Shown one piece after another: positions 39,044-48,984 of a stretch of 64,000 nucleotides of DNA. Every line of letters begins with the position of its first letter. Position 1 is the stretch's first letter. Origin of the DNA: an uncultured Fidelibacterota bacterium (GTDB lineage: Bacteria; Fidelibacterota; Marinisomatia; Marinisomatales; UBA1611). The DNA is taken from assembly GCA_913040915.1 (NCBI GenBank), contig CAJWHW010000003.1:1-64000 (forward strand), read 5' to 3'. The notes beneath the pieces were generated by a model. The model was not told where the DNA came from and searched no databases. It worked only from the letters and a program-made list of their open reading frames with translations. A program made the translations under genes and the position numbers.

Positions 39044-41377
39044 TTAATTTTTTAATATTAAACATTTTTTCACAACTTGACTATTCTGTGAATCGATACG
39101 GATGAAAACCATTCCAGAACTATTGGGAACCCCGCTCATGCTGCTCAAATTAAAATTAATTAAATTCCTACCTGGTGATAATCTTTGAAATTTTTGGAAA
39201 TATATTTCCTGTCCAAGTAGATTATATGCCTTTACTGTTGCTTCCCCACCAGGGAAATTAGTTAAATCTATTTGAAATGAACCATTTGATGGGTTTGGAT
39301 AAAGTCCACTTATTCTCATCGGATTTTTAGGTGCTTTATTAATATTCGTTTCTGTGATACCTAAGTAATCATCCATAGTAGAAAACAATGTTAAAGATTG
39401 TATTTCCCAACCACGATAATTCACAGTTTGATCAGGTAAAAAAGATAACCGTACCTTAATATTAGAAAATTCATTCAGAGACGTAGCGGATATTAAATCT
39501 GTACGAAATTCTTCCCATTGATTACCTGTCCAACTTTTATTTACTAAAACATTTGATCCTTCATCTAAAATAGATAAGGAAACATGATCATAGTCCCATT
39601 CTGTCTCAAAGCGATGATCAATGGTAACAACAAGACGGTTTGTCCCTGTTACATCAATTAAATCGGACTCCATCCACTGTAGAGTTTGTGAAGAATCGCC
39701 ATTCTCATAATAAAATTCTTCTTGAGATTTCAGAATTAGGTTCTCTGTACACCATGGCCCTTCAGAATTAGTCCAAATCCAAGAATCGCTCAATGATTGC
39801 GGATTACCATACCAATAAGGTACTGTCATTTCCATATTGCTGGTTATTGTAATATTATTATGCCAAGGCATCATTTCTCCATCCATCTTAAAGGATAGTA
39901 TGTAATTCCCTTCATAAAGAGAAAAATTATTTGGACCGGTTGAAATTTGTATCTCATCTTTTCCAAATTCATTTTCAATAAATCCAGTTATCGTATTATT
40001 GTCAGTTGTTTCATGATAAAGGTTCAGTATTAATGATCGTAAGGGGGCAGGTTCAAGATAAATATCTTCATTGGTTATACCACTATTATTGGTTACGACT
40101 GTTACTTCTTTTGGGATATATCCCTTTGCACGAATAGAAAGTGTATATGTACCAGCATCTAAAATTCTTCTGTATCTTCCAAATTCATTTGTCAATCGTG
40201 GTTTTAGAACAGAGCCTGTATGCTCTAAAATTTCTACAATTGCATTTTCTATAGGCTGGTTACTTGTTGCATCCGAAATAATTCCGGTGACCTGTGCCGC
40301 ATCAGTATAATAACCGAGGGCACGGTCCATTAAATAAACCATTGCCGGCTTGTTACGTTCTATTGTATCTTCAATTAAAGTGCTGCCTGGCTGAAGATTT
40401 GCTGTTCCGCATTCTACCAGATACTGTATACAACCTGTTTCACGATAAAACCAATCATGAAGTTTTCCATTCCTTGAGCCGCTGTATACAGATAAATAAG
40501 TACCTGTTCCATCTTCAGTCTCTATGAGCCCCGCAAAGTGATCTGCTATAGATTTCATTACGTTTAAATCTGGAGAATCTTTCGTTTCTTCCCAGCGCCA
40601 GCTGGTAAATACTTTTTCTGATAGATTACCTGAGCGTGAGCTGTGCCAAACGATTGAGAAGACAAAATTGTTTTCTAAGGCTAAGTCCCTAATAGCGATT
40701 GCTTCTCCTTCAGAAAAAGGTTCTTCACCCTTGTAATAATCATAATGTGATGCGTAATCAGAATTGTCTGGTTCTAAAAATGTATCTCCAAACACCCAAT
40801 TAAAGTTAAAATTACGGTTCAGATCCACCCCGTCTATATCGTTGCCAATCGAAGGATCATAATCGAATAATTCATTCGGATACGGACCTTCAGGACTTAA
40901 ATCTCTTTTTGTTTTTCTATAACTGACATCCAAGCCTTCATGCACGACATTTAACCCATCTGGGTTAGCAGTAGGAATAATCCAAATCTCTAAATATTGC
41001 TTAAGGATATTCATATGCGTGAATATACTATTATCAGGAAACAATAAATCATCTATCAGATCTAATACTATTTCGTTGCCCAATATTTCTTCGGCATGAA
41101 CCTGCCCAACAAATAAAACACTGGGCTCATCTTCTCTAACATCAACATTATCTGAAATTTTTACCGCCAAAATAGGTATTTGGTCATGAGTAGAGTAACC
41201 AATTGTATCTACTCGGTACCATCCATCCAATTCTTCTAATTGATCCAGTGAATCTAAATATGCATAAATTTCATCCACGGTATGATAGCGACTATCTAAT
41301 ACCTGTCCATAATTAGGATTGCCTAAATGAAATATAATGAGAATAGAACTTATATTAAAAATTGAGGATAATTTCAT
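39044..41377 (-). CDS. M14 zinc carboxypeptidase with carboxypeptidase regulatory-like domain and C-terminal sorting domain
   Basis: HAEE, NPDG, GVDLNRNF, EPFSEGE, WHS, VECG; YPNPSNG C-terminus. Confidence 0.88.
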   Translation of the reverse strand: MKLSSIFNISSILIIFHLGNPNYGQVLDSRYHTVDEIYAYLDSLDQLEELDGWYRVDTIGYSTHDQIPILAVKISDNVDVREDEPSVLFVGQVHAEEILGNEIVLDLIDDLLFPDNSIFTHMNILKQYLEIWIIPTANPDGLNVVHEGLDVSYRKTKRDLSPEGPYPNELFDYDPSIGNDIDGVDLNRNFNFNWVFGDTFLEPDNSDYASHYDYYKGEEPFSEGEAIAIRDLALENNFVFSIVWHSSRSGNLSEKVFTSWRWEETKDSPDLNVMKSIADHFAGLIETEDGTGTYLSVYSGSRNGKLHDWFYRETGCIQYLVECGTANLQPGSTLIEDTIERNKPAMVYLMDRALGYYTDAAQVTGIISDATSNQPIENAIVEILEHTGSVLKPRLTNEFGRYRRILDAGTYTLSIRAKGYIPKEVTVVTNNSGITNEDIYLEPAPLRSLILNLYHETTDNNTITGFIENEFGKDEIQISTGPNNFSLYEGNYILSFKMDGEMMPWHNNITITSNMEMTVPYWYGNPQSLSDSWIWTNSEGPWCTENLILKSQEEFYYENGDSSQTLQWMESDLIDVTGTNRLVVTIDHRFETEWDYDHVSLSILDEGSNVLVNKSWTGNQWEEFRTDLISATSLNEFSNIKVRLSFLPDQTVNYRGWEIQSLTLFSTMDDYLGITETNINKAPKNPMRISGLYPNPSNGSFQIDLTNFPGGEATVKAYNLLGQEIYFQKFQRLSPGRNLINFNLSSMSGVPNSSGMVFIRIDSQNSQVVKKCLILKN

Positions 41378-41416
41378 AGTGTGTATACTAAGTATTTAAG
41401 TACTAACTCTAAATTA

Positions 41417-44400
41417 TTACTTTAAGTATGTTACCTTACCTCTATTTATATTTTTACTTGTATTGAATTCATAAAAATATATTCCACTTGTAACTAATTG
41501 TCCTGCAATATTCATACCATCCCAATAAATTCTGTAATTGCCACCAAAATCTGGTAGAATTAATTTATCTGTTACTACTCTTCCGGTAATATCATAAATC
41601 CGAAAATTAACAGCTTCCTTTTCCGGCATAAAAAATTCAAAAGCCACCTTGCCATTGAAGGGGTTAGGATAAGCTGGCTTTAAGGAAAATTCAGTAGGAA
41701 TATCACAATCAAAGCATTTTGGTTCATTGGATAATAATTCTGCCTTTGACAGAATGCGACCATAATAATTTGCCAGATCCTCCTTTCCTGAGCTTCGGTA
41801 ATCAACCCAATCCAAAAAGAATTCTTCTCCTGAATAGTGTGTGATTTGGAGATTTTGCTGTTTATGATAAGCAATACAAATAGGGACTCCATTTATATCA
41901 GTTGTCATACCCTGTCCGACTTTAAACCCAGATCCATATAAATCAACTCCATTAATTAATAATGGATCGTCATTGATATATCCCCGTCCGTCTTCCCATA
42001 TAACCATAAATTCATCACCCGTAACATTTTCAACCGTAGGCATATAATTATCAATAGAATCATTCACAACCGAAGTAAATTGAACAAATTCACTAGAAAG
42101 TGAGCCATTTTCTAAATTTAATAGTTGACCAAATATTTCAAAGTTTTGTCCATTTCTGAAATCTTCCCAAACAATTAATGCTTTTGTCTGTGTATCGTTC
42201 ATTGAAAAGGAAAAGTTTGTTTGATCATTTTCATCATCAGTGACAATAAGTCCGTTGGTTTCCCATAGTTTATTGCCATCCCAATCAACTTTTTGGGCAT
42301 AAATATCCGCAAAATTACCAATCTGATTCCATAAACAAATTATGCCTGTGCCATCATCTAGTGTTTTGACCTGCAGAGAACTAGATGCCGAAAAATTATC
42401 CGTTAAATTAATCCCACCAGGATTCCATCCTATTTCAGTATTACCGTTTTGATCGATCTTTAAATATTTAATCACTATATAGGAACCAGAAGGGTTCCAT
42501 TGCTCATTCATCCAAAATACCATGAGTTTATTATCTGGTGTAGGTATAGCTGTTATAAAGAAATCATCATTACTAGCATCCACTAGTTCCACTCCACCAC
42601 TTTCTAATATCGCATTTCCTTCGTTATCTAAATATTGAAAATAAATATTATTGTCCCATAATCTGCTCTCAGACCAAAAACATCCAACACCGCTTCCTAT
42701 AGAAACCAGTTTTGCATTTCTCATATCAGCTTCAGAAGATATTGCAACCCCTACAGAGTCCCACAAATTTTCAAATGATTCATCTAACTTATTAATTCGA
42801 AGATATTTCGGTGTAGAAGTTGCATCATATGTACCAACGAAAAAATTATTATCATCTTTAATAACAATAGGTAATGCAATTTCATCTGAAGAATTGTCAC
42901 TGTAAGAGAGTTGCTTACCATCTTGGTATAGTACAGAATTTTCAGTAATTCTTGTTCCATAGATTCTTTTTGCTGAACGATTATCTTCCCATGTAAGAAA
43001 AAAATCATTTTCGCCTTTCCGAAACCGTGATGTGTATTTTATGTCCCCATCTAAACCAACCATTGCAGTAATTCCACTATTTCCCCAAACAGTAGAACCA
43101 TTATCTATTTTTTGAATTTTGAGATCAATGCTTCCTGTCCCTTGATCTGCATAAATAATATAGAATTGATCATTAGTTGACCCTATCAAAATGGGTGAAA
43201 ATTGATACCCGTCTGAATTGGTAAGATTAAGCGGCTCAGCTGGAAATGTACCATCAGCATTGATTGTACGCACCATAATCTCAATATCAGGAAAAGTGCC
43301 ACGTTCCCATGCTACATTAAGCCCACCATTTTCATTGGAATTGAACCTTGCACTAAAATCTCGATATGCCCCGGGATCAATTTTTACACCATTACCCCAT
43401 TCACGATCACCATTTACGTTCACTTTTTGAAAATATTGATCTCCATCAACAGCATCATCTCTATAATCTGTCCATTTAACAAATACTTCGCCTAGTGAAT
43501 TTCTTTTCACTCGTGGTTTTGCCTGCAATGTTTCATCATCAGAAATTGCTTTTTCATTTGTAAATACCAAGCCGCTTTCATTCACAAATTGGTAATATAC
43601 TTTTGAGTTCGCGTCACCTCTTTTCCAAGTAACAAATGAAGTTTCTCCATTTACAAATGTAGCACGAGGCTTTGTCTCTTGATCAGTGGTATTTGCTATT
43701 GGAATACCATTTTCTGCAAAAACCGCTGTCATATCCATATTGAGGCGTTGACCATAAATATTTGCATTTTCACCTTCTCGGTAATCAGCCCAAGCAATAA
43801 ATGCCTGATTGTCTCCTGCATATTCAATGGTCTTTGCATTTTGATTTCCACCTTCAACAGCTATTGCAACGCCAACTCCGGGTGCAACTATCTCATTATC
43901 TGCAGAAACATGGGTTCCATATATATCTTCATCCACTCCGCCACGCTTATCCTGCCAGGTAACAAAGACACCACCAAGGCTATCTGTACACATATTGATA
44001 GTTATTTGATTCCCATCAACTTGAGCCAGTGCAATTCCATTTTCATCCATTAAGAGATTTCCATCTGAATCTAAATGCTGAATAAAAATATCTCCCTGTG
44101 CATCAAATCGATAATCAACCCAGGCAATAAACACACCCCCGTTACCATCTTCGATTGAAACAGGGTCTTCTTGCCTACCAGGCAGATTAGTAACGATTGC
44201 TCCAGACTCACCCCATAGCATGGACCCATCATGATTAACTTTATGTGCAAAAATGTTTCGCATGCCGTATCGTGTATCTGACCACACAAAAATTGCTTCA
44301 CCTTGATCACCAGGAGAAACAGTCCTATACCATTCAATATGTACACCCTGTCGGATGGGTGCACCATCATTCGAATCAAAACCTGTTGAATAGGTTAATG

Positions 44401-44434
44401 ATACAAACATAATTGAAAAAACTAATTTTTTCAT
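41417..44434 (-). CDS. Large secreted beta-propeller repeat protein with C-terminal FlgD/T9SS-type domain
   Basis: About 14 repeats of (F/V)xxWxDxR...IYxQ; YPNPFNG...WDG..SGIYF; RBS-supported start near 44434-44443 (ORF track 44476). Confidence 0.75.
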   Translation of the reverse strand: MKKLVFSIMFVSLTYSTGFDSNDGAPIRQGVHIEWYRTVSPGDQGEAIFVWSDTRYGMRNIFAHKVNHDGSMLWGESGAIVTNLPGRQEDPVSIEDGNGGVFIAWVDYRFDAQGDIFIQHLDSDGNLLMDENGIALAQVDGNQITINMCTDSLGGVFVTWQDKRGGVDEDIYGTHVSADNEIVAPGVGVAIAVEGGNQNAKTIEYAGDNQAFIAWADYREGENANIYGQRLNMDMTAVFAENGIPIANTTDQETKPRATFVNGETSFVTWKRGDANSKVYYQFVNESGLVFTNEKAISDDETLQAKPRVKRNSLGEVFVKWTDYRDDAVDGDQYFQKVNVNGDREWGNGVKIDPGAYRDFSARFNSNENGGLNVAWERGTFPDIEIMVRTINADGTFPAEPLNLTNSDGYQFSPILIGSTNDQFYIIYADQGTGSIDLKIQKIDNGSTVWGNSGITAMVGLDGDIKYTSRFRKGENDFFLTWEDNRSAKRIYGTRITENSVLYQDGKQLSYSDNSSDEIALPIVIKDDNNFFVGTYDATSTPKYLRINKLDESFENLWDSVGVAISSEADMRNAKLVSIGSGVGCFWSESRLWDNNIYFQYLDNEGNAILESGGVELVDASNDDFFITAIPTPDNKLMVFWMNEQWNPSGSYIVIKYLKIDQNGNTEIGWNPGGINLTDNFSASSSLQVKTLDDGTGIICLWNQIGNFADIYAQKVDWDGNKLWETNGLIVTDDENDQTNFSFSMNDTQTKALIVWEDFRNGQNFEIFGQLLNLENGSLSSEFVQFTSVVNDSIDNYMPTVENVTGDEFMVIWEDGRGYINDDPLLINGVDLYGSGFKVGQGMTTDINGVPICIAYHKQQNLQITHYSGEEFFLDWVDYRSSGKEDLANYYGRILSKAELLSNEPKCFDCDIPTEFSLKPAYPNPFNGKVAFEFFMPEKEAVNFRIYDITGRVVTDKLILPDFGGNYRIYWDGMNIAGQLVTSGIYFYEFNTSKNINRGKVTYLK

Positions 44435-44485
44435 TTTCATCATTCCTTCGTCAAATTTATGTTGTTTTATAAACAAATAATTTTA

Positions 44486-45523
44486 TTATTGATTAATTGA
44501 GAGTATTTGTAATCCTTCGCGGGAACAAACAATTAAATTTTCACCCCAGAACTCTGTTTTGTAAACATAGCCTATAGGAAATAGGCCTTTCTCAATGGGC
44601 TTATTTGGATCGGTAATATCATAAAGTGCAATCCCCTTCGATCCAAGAGACAATGCAGCAATTCCATCATTTACAGAAATATGATCTACAGTCAAATCCT
44701 GTGCAAATCTCACATGTGAATTGCTTGAAGCAGAAAAAACATTATAAGGTATATAAGCAGCTCCAACATCATCACATGAGACAAAAACCCCAGCATCTGC
44801 TAATACAACTTTCTCTGCATTCCCTTCTGTATCAACTCGACCTATGAATTCAGGATCAGCTTCAAGTGAAGCTAATTCATATAATTCCACGCCTAACTGA
44901 TCTACAGCGAGAGCAATATAATTTTCTCCATTAGAGTCTATTCCCTGAGGCTTACCTGGTGTATACAGTTCACCGGCACTCCCCTCTGGATATACCGGAT
45001 TCCAAAAAGAATAACCAAAAACTTCGTAAGGTTCATAAATACTCCACTTTAGACCATCATCATTATCTGCTGCATACATCACAAAGCGACCCGTATCTAT
45101 TGGAAAAGAAACAAATTCTCTAGTCCTTGCACTCATGATTGTATTAATAAAGCTTAAGTTGGAATCACCTACTGTATAATTAAAAATTTGCACATCTTTA
45201 TTTGTTTCAGATGAAAAGATCAGATTATTAGTAATATCAATTTCAATAAGTGAGAGATCATCAAACTCTAAAAAGGATCCCAATTCATAATACCCACTGA
45301 AATCACTCAGTTTTATTTTATCTTTTAGATTCCATATTTGTATCCCTGATTGTCCTGCAGCAATGAAAGCTGTATTGCCGTGAATGGCCACATCTCTTGA
45401 AAAGCCTGTTGTATTTAATACTTCAACTTCCGTTACAGACCACAAATCTTCTACATTAGGTTCAATACACCCAAATAATAATATACTAATAACAGCTATA
45501 AAATGTTTTCTAATATCGATCAT
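44486..45523 (-). CDS. LVIVD-repeat-like beta-propeller lipoprotein
   Basis: Lipobox LFGC; repeats AFIAAGQSGIQIWN, ALAVDQLGVELYE, GIALYDITDPNKP, GLQILSI. Confidence 0.7.
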   Translation of the reverse strand: MIDIRKHFIAVISILLFGCIEPNVEDLWSVTEVEVLNTTGFSRDVAIHGNTAFIAAGQSGIQIWNLKDKIKLSDFSGYYELGSFLEFDDLSLIEIDITNNLIFSSETNKDVQIFNYTVGDSNLSFINTIMSARTREFVSFPIDTGRFVMYAADNDDGLKWSIYEPYEVFGYSFWNPVYPEGSAGELYTPGKPQGIDSNGENYIALAVDQLGVELYELASLEADPEFIGRVDTEGNAEKVVLADAGVFVSCDDVGAAYIPYNVFSASSNSHVRFAQDLTVDHISVNDGIAALSLGSKGIALYDITDPNKPIEKGLFPIGYVYKTEFWGENLIVCSREGLQILSINQ

Positions 45524-46541
45524 ATACCATATCCCATTCTATTTTGCACCAAAATTGAATTTGATTAAAACTTTTTAAATCTTTTACCCATTCATATGCT
45601 GAATCAGTTGTGCGAATTCTATATCTTCCTGTAAACAAAACTGATACTGCTTCAAATATCTCTTTTTTCACCCATACATCATATTTAGAATCTATGTGAT
45701 CTCTTCCTGCATGGAGCGGGTCATCAGGGTCTTCAGCTCCATACTTTCTATATTCTTCACGTATTGAAAAACCAATTTCATCAACAATTGGAATATTTCT
45801 ATGTATTTTAACTGGCATATACCATTCCATATTGTTATAGGAACGATTAAAACTACTTGGTCGCTCAGTTGATAAATGAGATGTACTTCTTGCATGTCCA
45901 CGGTTGATTTGAAAAGATATAGTTGCTATCCTTTTAATCTTATAATTCACCCTTCCTTTGATATAATGAATATCTAAATCAAACTCCGTAAATGGTTTAT
46001 CATAATATCGTTGAAGATAGCCTGTACTTAGGTTGATCCAGGACTCTCTTAATATCTTTTGTGTGATTGTAATACTTTGATTTCTATCGGTAAAATAGCA
46101 AGGAGCTAGCAAATCATTGCTAATATCACGGTTAATATAATGTCTCAGATAAAAACTATTTAAGTGTCTAACAGAATATTTTATATTTTTATAACTTCCC
46201 CATTTATAAATCGCATCCAGTCCACCACTCCAATATTTTCTTTCAGTGTTATTTTGATAATCAGACCAACTGTAAAAACCATTTATGGAAAAATCTTTTC
46301 TTCTGGAATGCCAAACAGACTTTTTTCCTGATAATCGTAATTTATAAACAAAACTGTCAAAAGTTGATGCACCACCCATGAGAGAATTATCAAGTGCTGC
46401 TTCACCAAATTCATATGTAGAAAATCGTAAAACATTATTATCATACCCACCAGTAATCCCGATGGTATACTCAATAGGTGTTTTACCCAGTAAGTATGAT
46501 GAAATAAAAATAATGTAAAATATATATTTTTGAGAATTCAT
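45510..46541 (-). CDS. Probable outer-membrane beta-barrel protein
   Basis: Signal peptide; first strand ending GGYDNNV; alternating aromatic/hydrophobic strands, Tyr/Trp/Arg-rich. Confidence 0.6.
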   Translation of the reverse strand: MNSQKYIFYIIFISSYLLGKTPIEYTIGITGGYDNNVLRFSTYEFGEAALDNSLMGGASTFDSFVYKLRLSGKKSVWHSRRKDFSINGFYSWSDYQNNTERKYWSGGLDAIYKWGSYKNIKYSVRHLNSFYLRHYINRDISNDLLAPCYFTDRNQSITITQKILRESWINLSTGYLQRYYDKPFTEFDLDIHYIKGRVNYKIKRIATISFQINRGHARSTSHLSTERPSSFNRSYNNMEWYMPVKIHRNIPIVDEIGFSIREEYRKYGAEDPDDPLHAGRDHIDSKYDVWVKKEIFEAVSVLFTGRYRIRTTDSAYEWVKDLKSFNQIQFWCKIEWDMVYDRY

Positions 46542-47419
46542 TAATATAAAATAAAACGAGTAAGGACCACTTTATCCTTATCTGCAACTTCAATTGAATA
46601 AGTGTGTCTCCCTTTTGGTACAGGTATCTCACAAGATCGCCATTTACCCGGAACTTTATCATCCCTTCCTAAAATTTGTGATGCAGATGAGCGCTCAGAA
46701 TTAAAATAATAAGTACCAATGACTTTTTTACCTTCCTTCACTCTAATGCGATATGATTCTTCCTGGCCCATAGAATCAGAAAACTCTAATCGATTCAAAA
46801 TTCTTAGATTATTTTTCCCCCTTGCTTCTATTTGCAAAGGTAATTCCGATGTACACTCAAAATATTTAATCTCTTTTTTATTCGAGATTAGACTGACAGC
46901 ATTTTGATGAACCATTGGAGTAAGCACTTTTTTGTTTTTTCCTATTGATTCAAAATTTTTTGCCAGAACCCGAATTAAAACTGGGTATTTTAACTTTTCA
47001 TTCGATATCAATTCTATAGTTTGGGTTCCTTTTTCTAGGTTAATGAAATAGTTACCAGAATGTGTGTATTTATGTTTTGGGTGTTGTATAGATTTAATGG
47101 ATTTTTGAACTTTGTATCTATGATTTACTTGAATAGTATCTACTCCATTTAATACTATTTTATAATTAAAGGGATGACTTTTATTCTTCTTTTTTATCAC
47201 AGGATATCGTGAAATGAATTCTAAACGTGTAGGGCCTTCTATCGTATAAATAAGTCCTTCATTATTGATGGGATAGTAGAGTCTTCTTTTGGAATTAATA
47301 ATTAAAATCTCTTTATTTTCCCCATTTTTACTGGGCTTCAAAAGTTTTGCTTGCAGTGGCACCGCCATGGTTACAAAAAGAATAAATAGAATTGATTTAG
47401 AGTAGACTGTCAGGTTCAT
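46541..47419 (-). CDS. Highly basic exported protein with two internally repeated beta-rich domains
   Basis: Signal peptide ending PLQA; Lys/Arg/His-rich; two similar halves. Confidence 0.65.
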   Translation of the reverse strand: MNLTVYSKSILFILFVTMAVPLQAKLLKPSKNGENKEILIINSKRRLYYPINNEGLIYTIEGPTRLEFISRYPVIKKKNKSHPFNYKIVLNGVDTIQVNHRYKVQKSIKSIQHPKHKYTHSGNYFINLEKGTQTIELISNEKLKYPVLIRVLAKNFESIGKNKKVLTPMVHQNAVSLISNKKEIKYFECTSELPLQIEARGKNNLRILNRLEFSDSMGQEESYRIRVKEGKKVIGTYYFNSERSSASQILGRDDKVPGKWRSCEIPVPKGRHTYSIEVADKDKVVLTRFILY

Positions 47420-48548
47420 GTTGTATTAAATGCTCTTTAATTTTTGTTTTACTTTGGAGACCAACCATAAACACACATCCTCCTACAACAAATAAGCAAA
47501 TTGCTGCAACAATTAAATTATAGCGTTCATCAGCATAAAGGCTTCCCGTACCAATATCCGGAATAGGGATTGGTGCAAAGGGCATGTTAAACTGTTCTAT
47601 GAGCGGTCTGATATTGAGAATGTGAATTCCAGGAATATCCATTTTTATCATTTTGGAAAATACTCCTTCAATTCCGCCAGGACGAATAATATCGGTCACA
47701 TTTTTACGGTTTACGACTCCAGGTGGTAATAATTTTAAATTAAAACTAGTTCCTAAGCTGGCAACACCTCCACCAACATTGATTACAGCTTTATAATTCA
47801 TTTTTGGTAATATAGAAGAATATGTCATCATACGATTTTGAATATTATCAGCTAATTTTTCCATTTTGATAAGTGGCAGTTGATGATTTGCTATATTTTC
47901 GGTTATTAGTTTCCTCCCTGATGGAGATAACAAACGTCCCATATCATTTCTTCCACCAATTGAAGCTGCAACGCTTTTCGCTGGAATAAGACTATTGTTA
48001 AAGAGAATTGATTCCATATCTAGCCAGGTGAAATCAACCTGATTGGCACCCCATTGAGAAGCACCAACACTTGTAATGGTAATTGGATATACCCCTAACG
48101 ATTTACATGCCGTTAAAACAGCAATATTCGCTCCTGGCATAGAACCTGTCATTAGAATTGCAACCGTATCACTTTCTTTTAGATCAACCTGATACATTAA
48201 ATCAACAATAGCAGCTGAAAAATTAGGATCCAATGTTGTCAATTTCGCATCCAGATCTCCTTCATCTGTTGTAATTAAACTAAATGGACTCCCCACCAGT
48301 CCTGTCTCATTTGGATCATTTTCTATATCAATAAAAATGCCCTGTTCCATTCTACTTTCTTTCAGCAAATTCATTGCTTTTTCCATTAGACGAGCTGCTT
48401 TCACCTTATGTTCATAGGAAGGAGATACATCAATGGTTTTTGTATTCAAAGCAATTAGAAAACAAAGCAAGGATAGAATGGATAAACTCACCAGAGTCGA
48501 TGTCTTTTGAATAGCAGGAATAAAGGGTTGTTTTTTATAATTATTCAA
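47397..48548 (-). CDS. pgsW: Poly-gamma-glutamate system protein PgsW
   Basis: DPNETGLVG, ITT..G.L.AK.T..DPNF, GSMPGANIA, SVGASQWGAN, NVGGG; follows pgsBC; TTG start at 48548 with GGAG RBS (ORF track 48563). Confidence 0.85.
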   Translation of the reverse strand: MNNYKKQPFIPAIQKTSTLVSLSILSLLCFLIALNTKTIDVSPSYEHKVKAARLMEKAMNLLKESRMEQGIFIDIENDPNETGLVGSPFSLITTDEGDLDAKLTTLDPNFSAAIVDLMYQVDLKESDTVAILMTGSMPGANIAVLTACKSLGVYPITITSVGASQWGANQVDFTWLDMESILFNNSLIPAKSVAASIGGRNDMGRLLSPSGRKLITENIANHQLPLIKMEKLADNIQNRMMTYSSILPKMNYKAVINVGGGVASLGTSFNLKLLPPGVVNRKNVTDIIRPGGIEGVFSKMIKMDIPGIHILNIRPLIEQFNMPFAPIPIPDIGTGSLYADERYNLIVAAICLFVVGGCVFMVGLQSKTKIKEHLIQHEPDSLL

Positions 48549-48984
48549 ACAGTACTCCACCAAATAATAACATCACAGCCAGTTTTACCAAAACAGCAGT
48601 CAGAATTACGACTGCAACTGTACGAATAACTCCTTGCCGGTCCATCCAATTTGCAATTAGGCCAGGAATTATATTCCCAATTACAGCGACTGAACCTAAT
48701 TCTTCAGGCATAAAGATAAAATTTCGAGATATATAACCAAAAAAGAATCCAAGAATTAAGGCCAATACAATTCTACGTTTGCCATATAAAAACATAAATT
48801 TCCCCATTACCTGGATAATTGCCCAGACTAATATTGCAACTCCGAACGTGACTAAAACCTGGATCGGATGGTGAAGATAAAGGGAAATATAACCAGGAAC
48901 AATAATCCCTCCCGCCGTGACTCCTAGAGTCTCTGACAATACTAAACTTAATACAATTCCTAGTCCTATGCTGATCTCAGCCAT
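48541..48984 (-). CDS. pgsC: Poly-gamma-glutamate biosynthesis protein PgsC/CapC
   Basis: G.TAGGIIVPGY.SL, LYGKRR, IGNIIPGLIANWMDRQG. Confidence 0.93.
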   Translation of the reverse strand: MAEISIGLGIVLSLVLSETLGVTAGGIIVPGYISLYLHHPIQVLVTFGVAILVWAIIQVMGKFMFLYGKRRIVLALILGFFFGYISRNFIFMPEELGSVAVIGNIIPGLIANWMDRQGVIRTVAVVILTAVLVKLAVMLLFGGVLFE

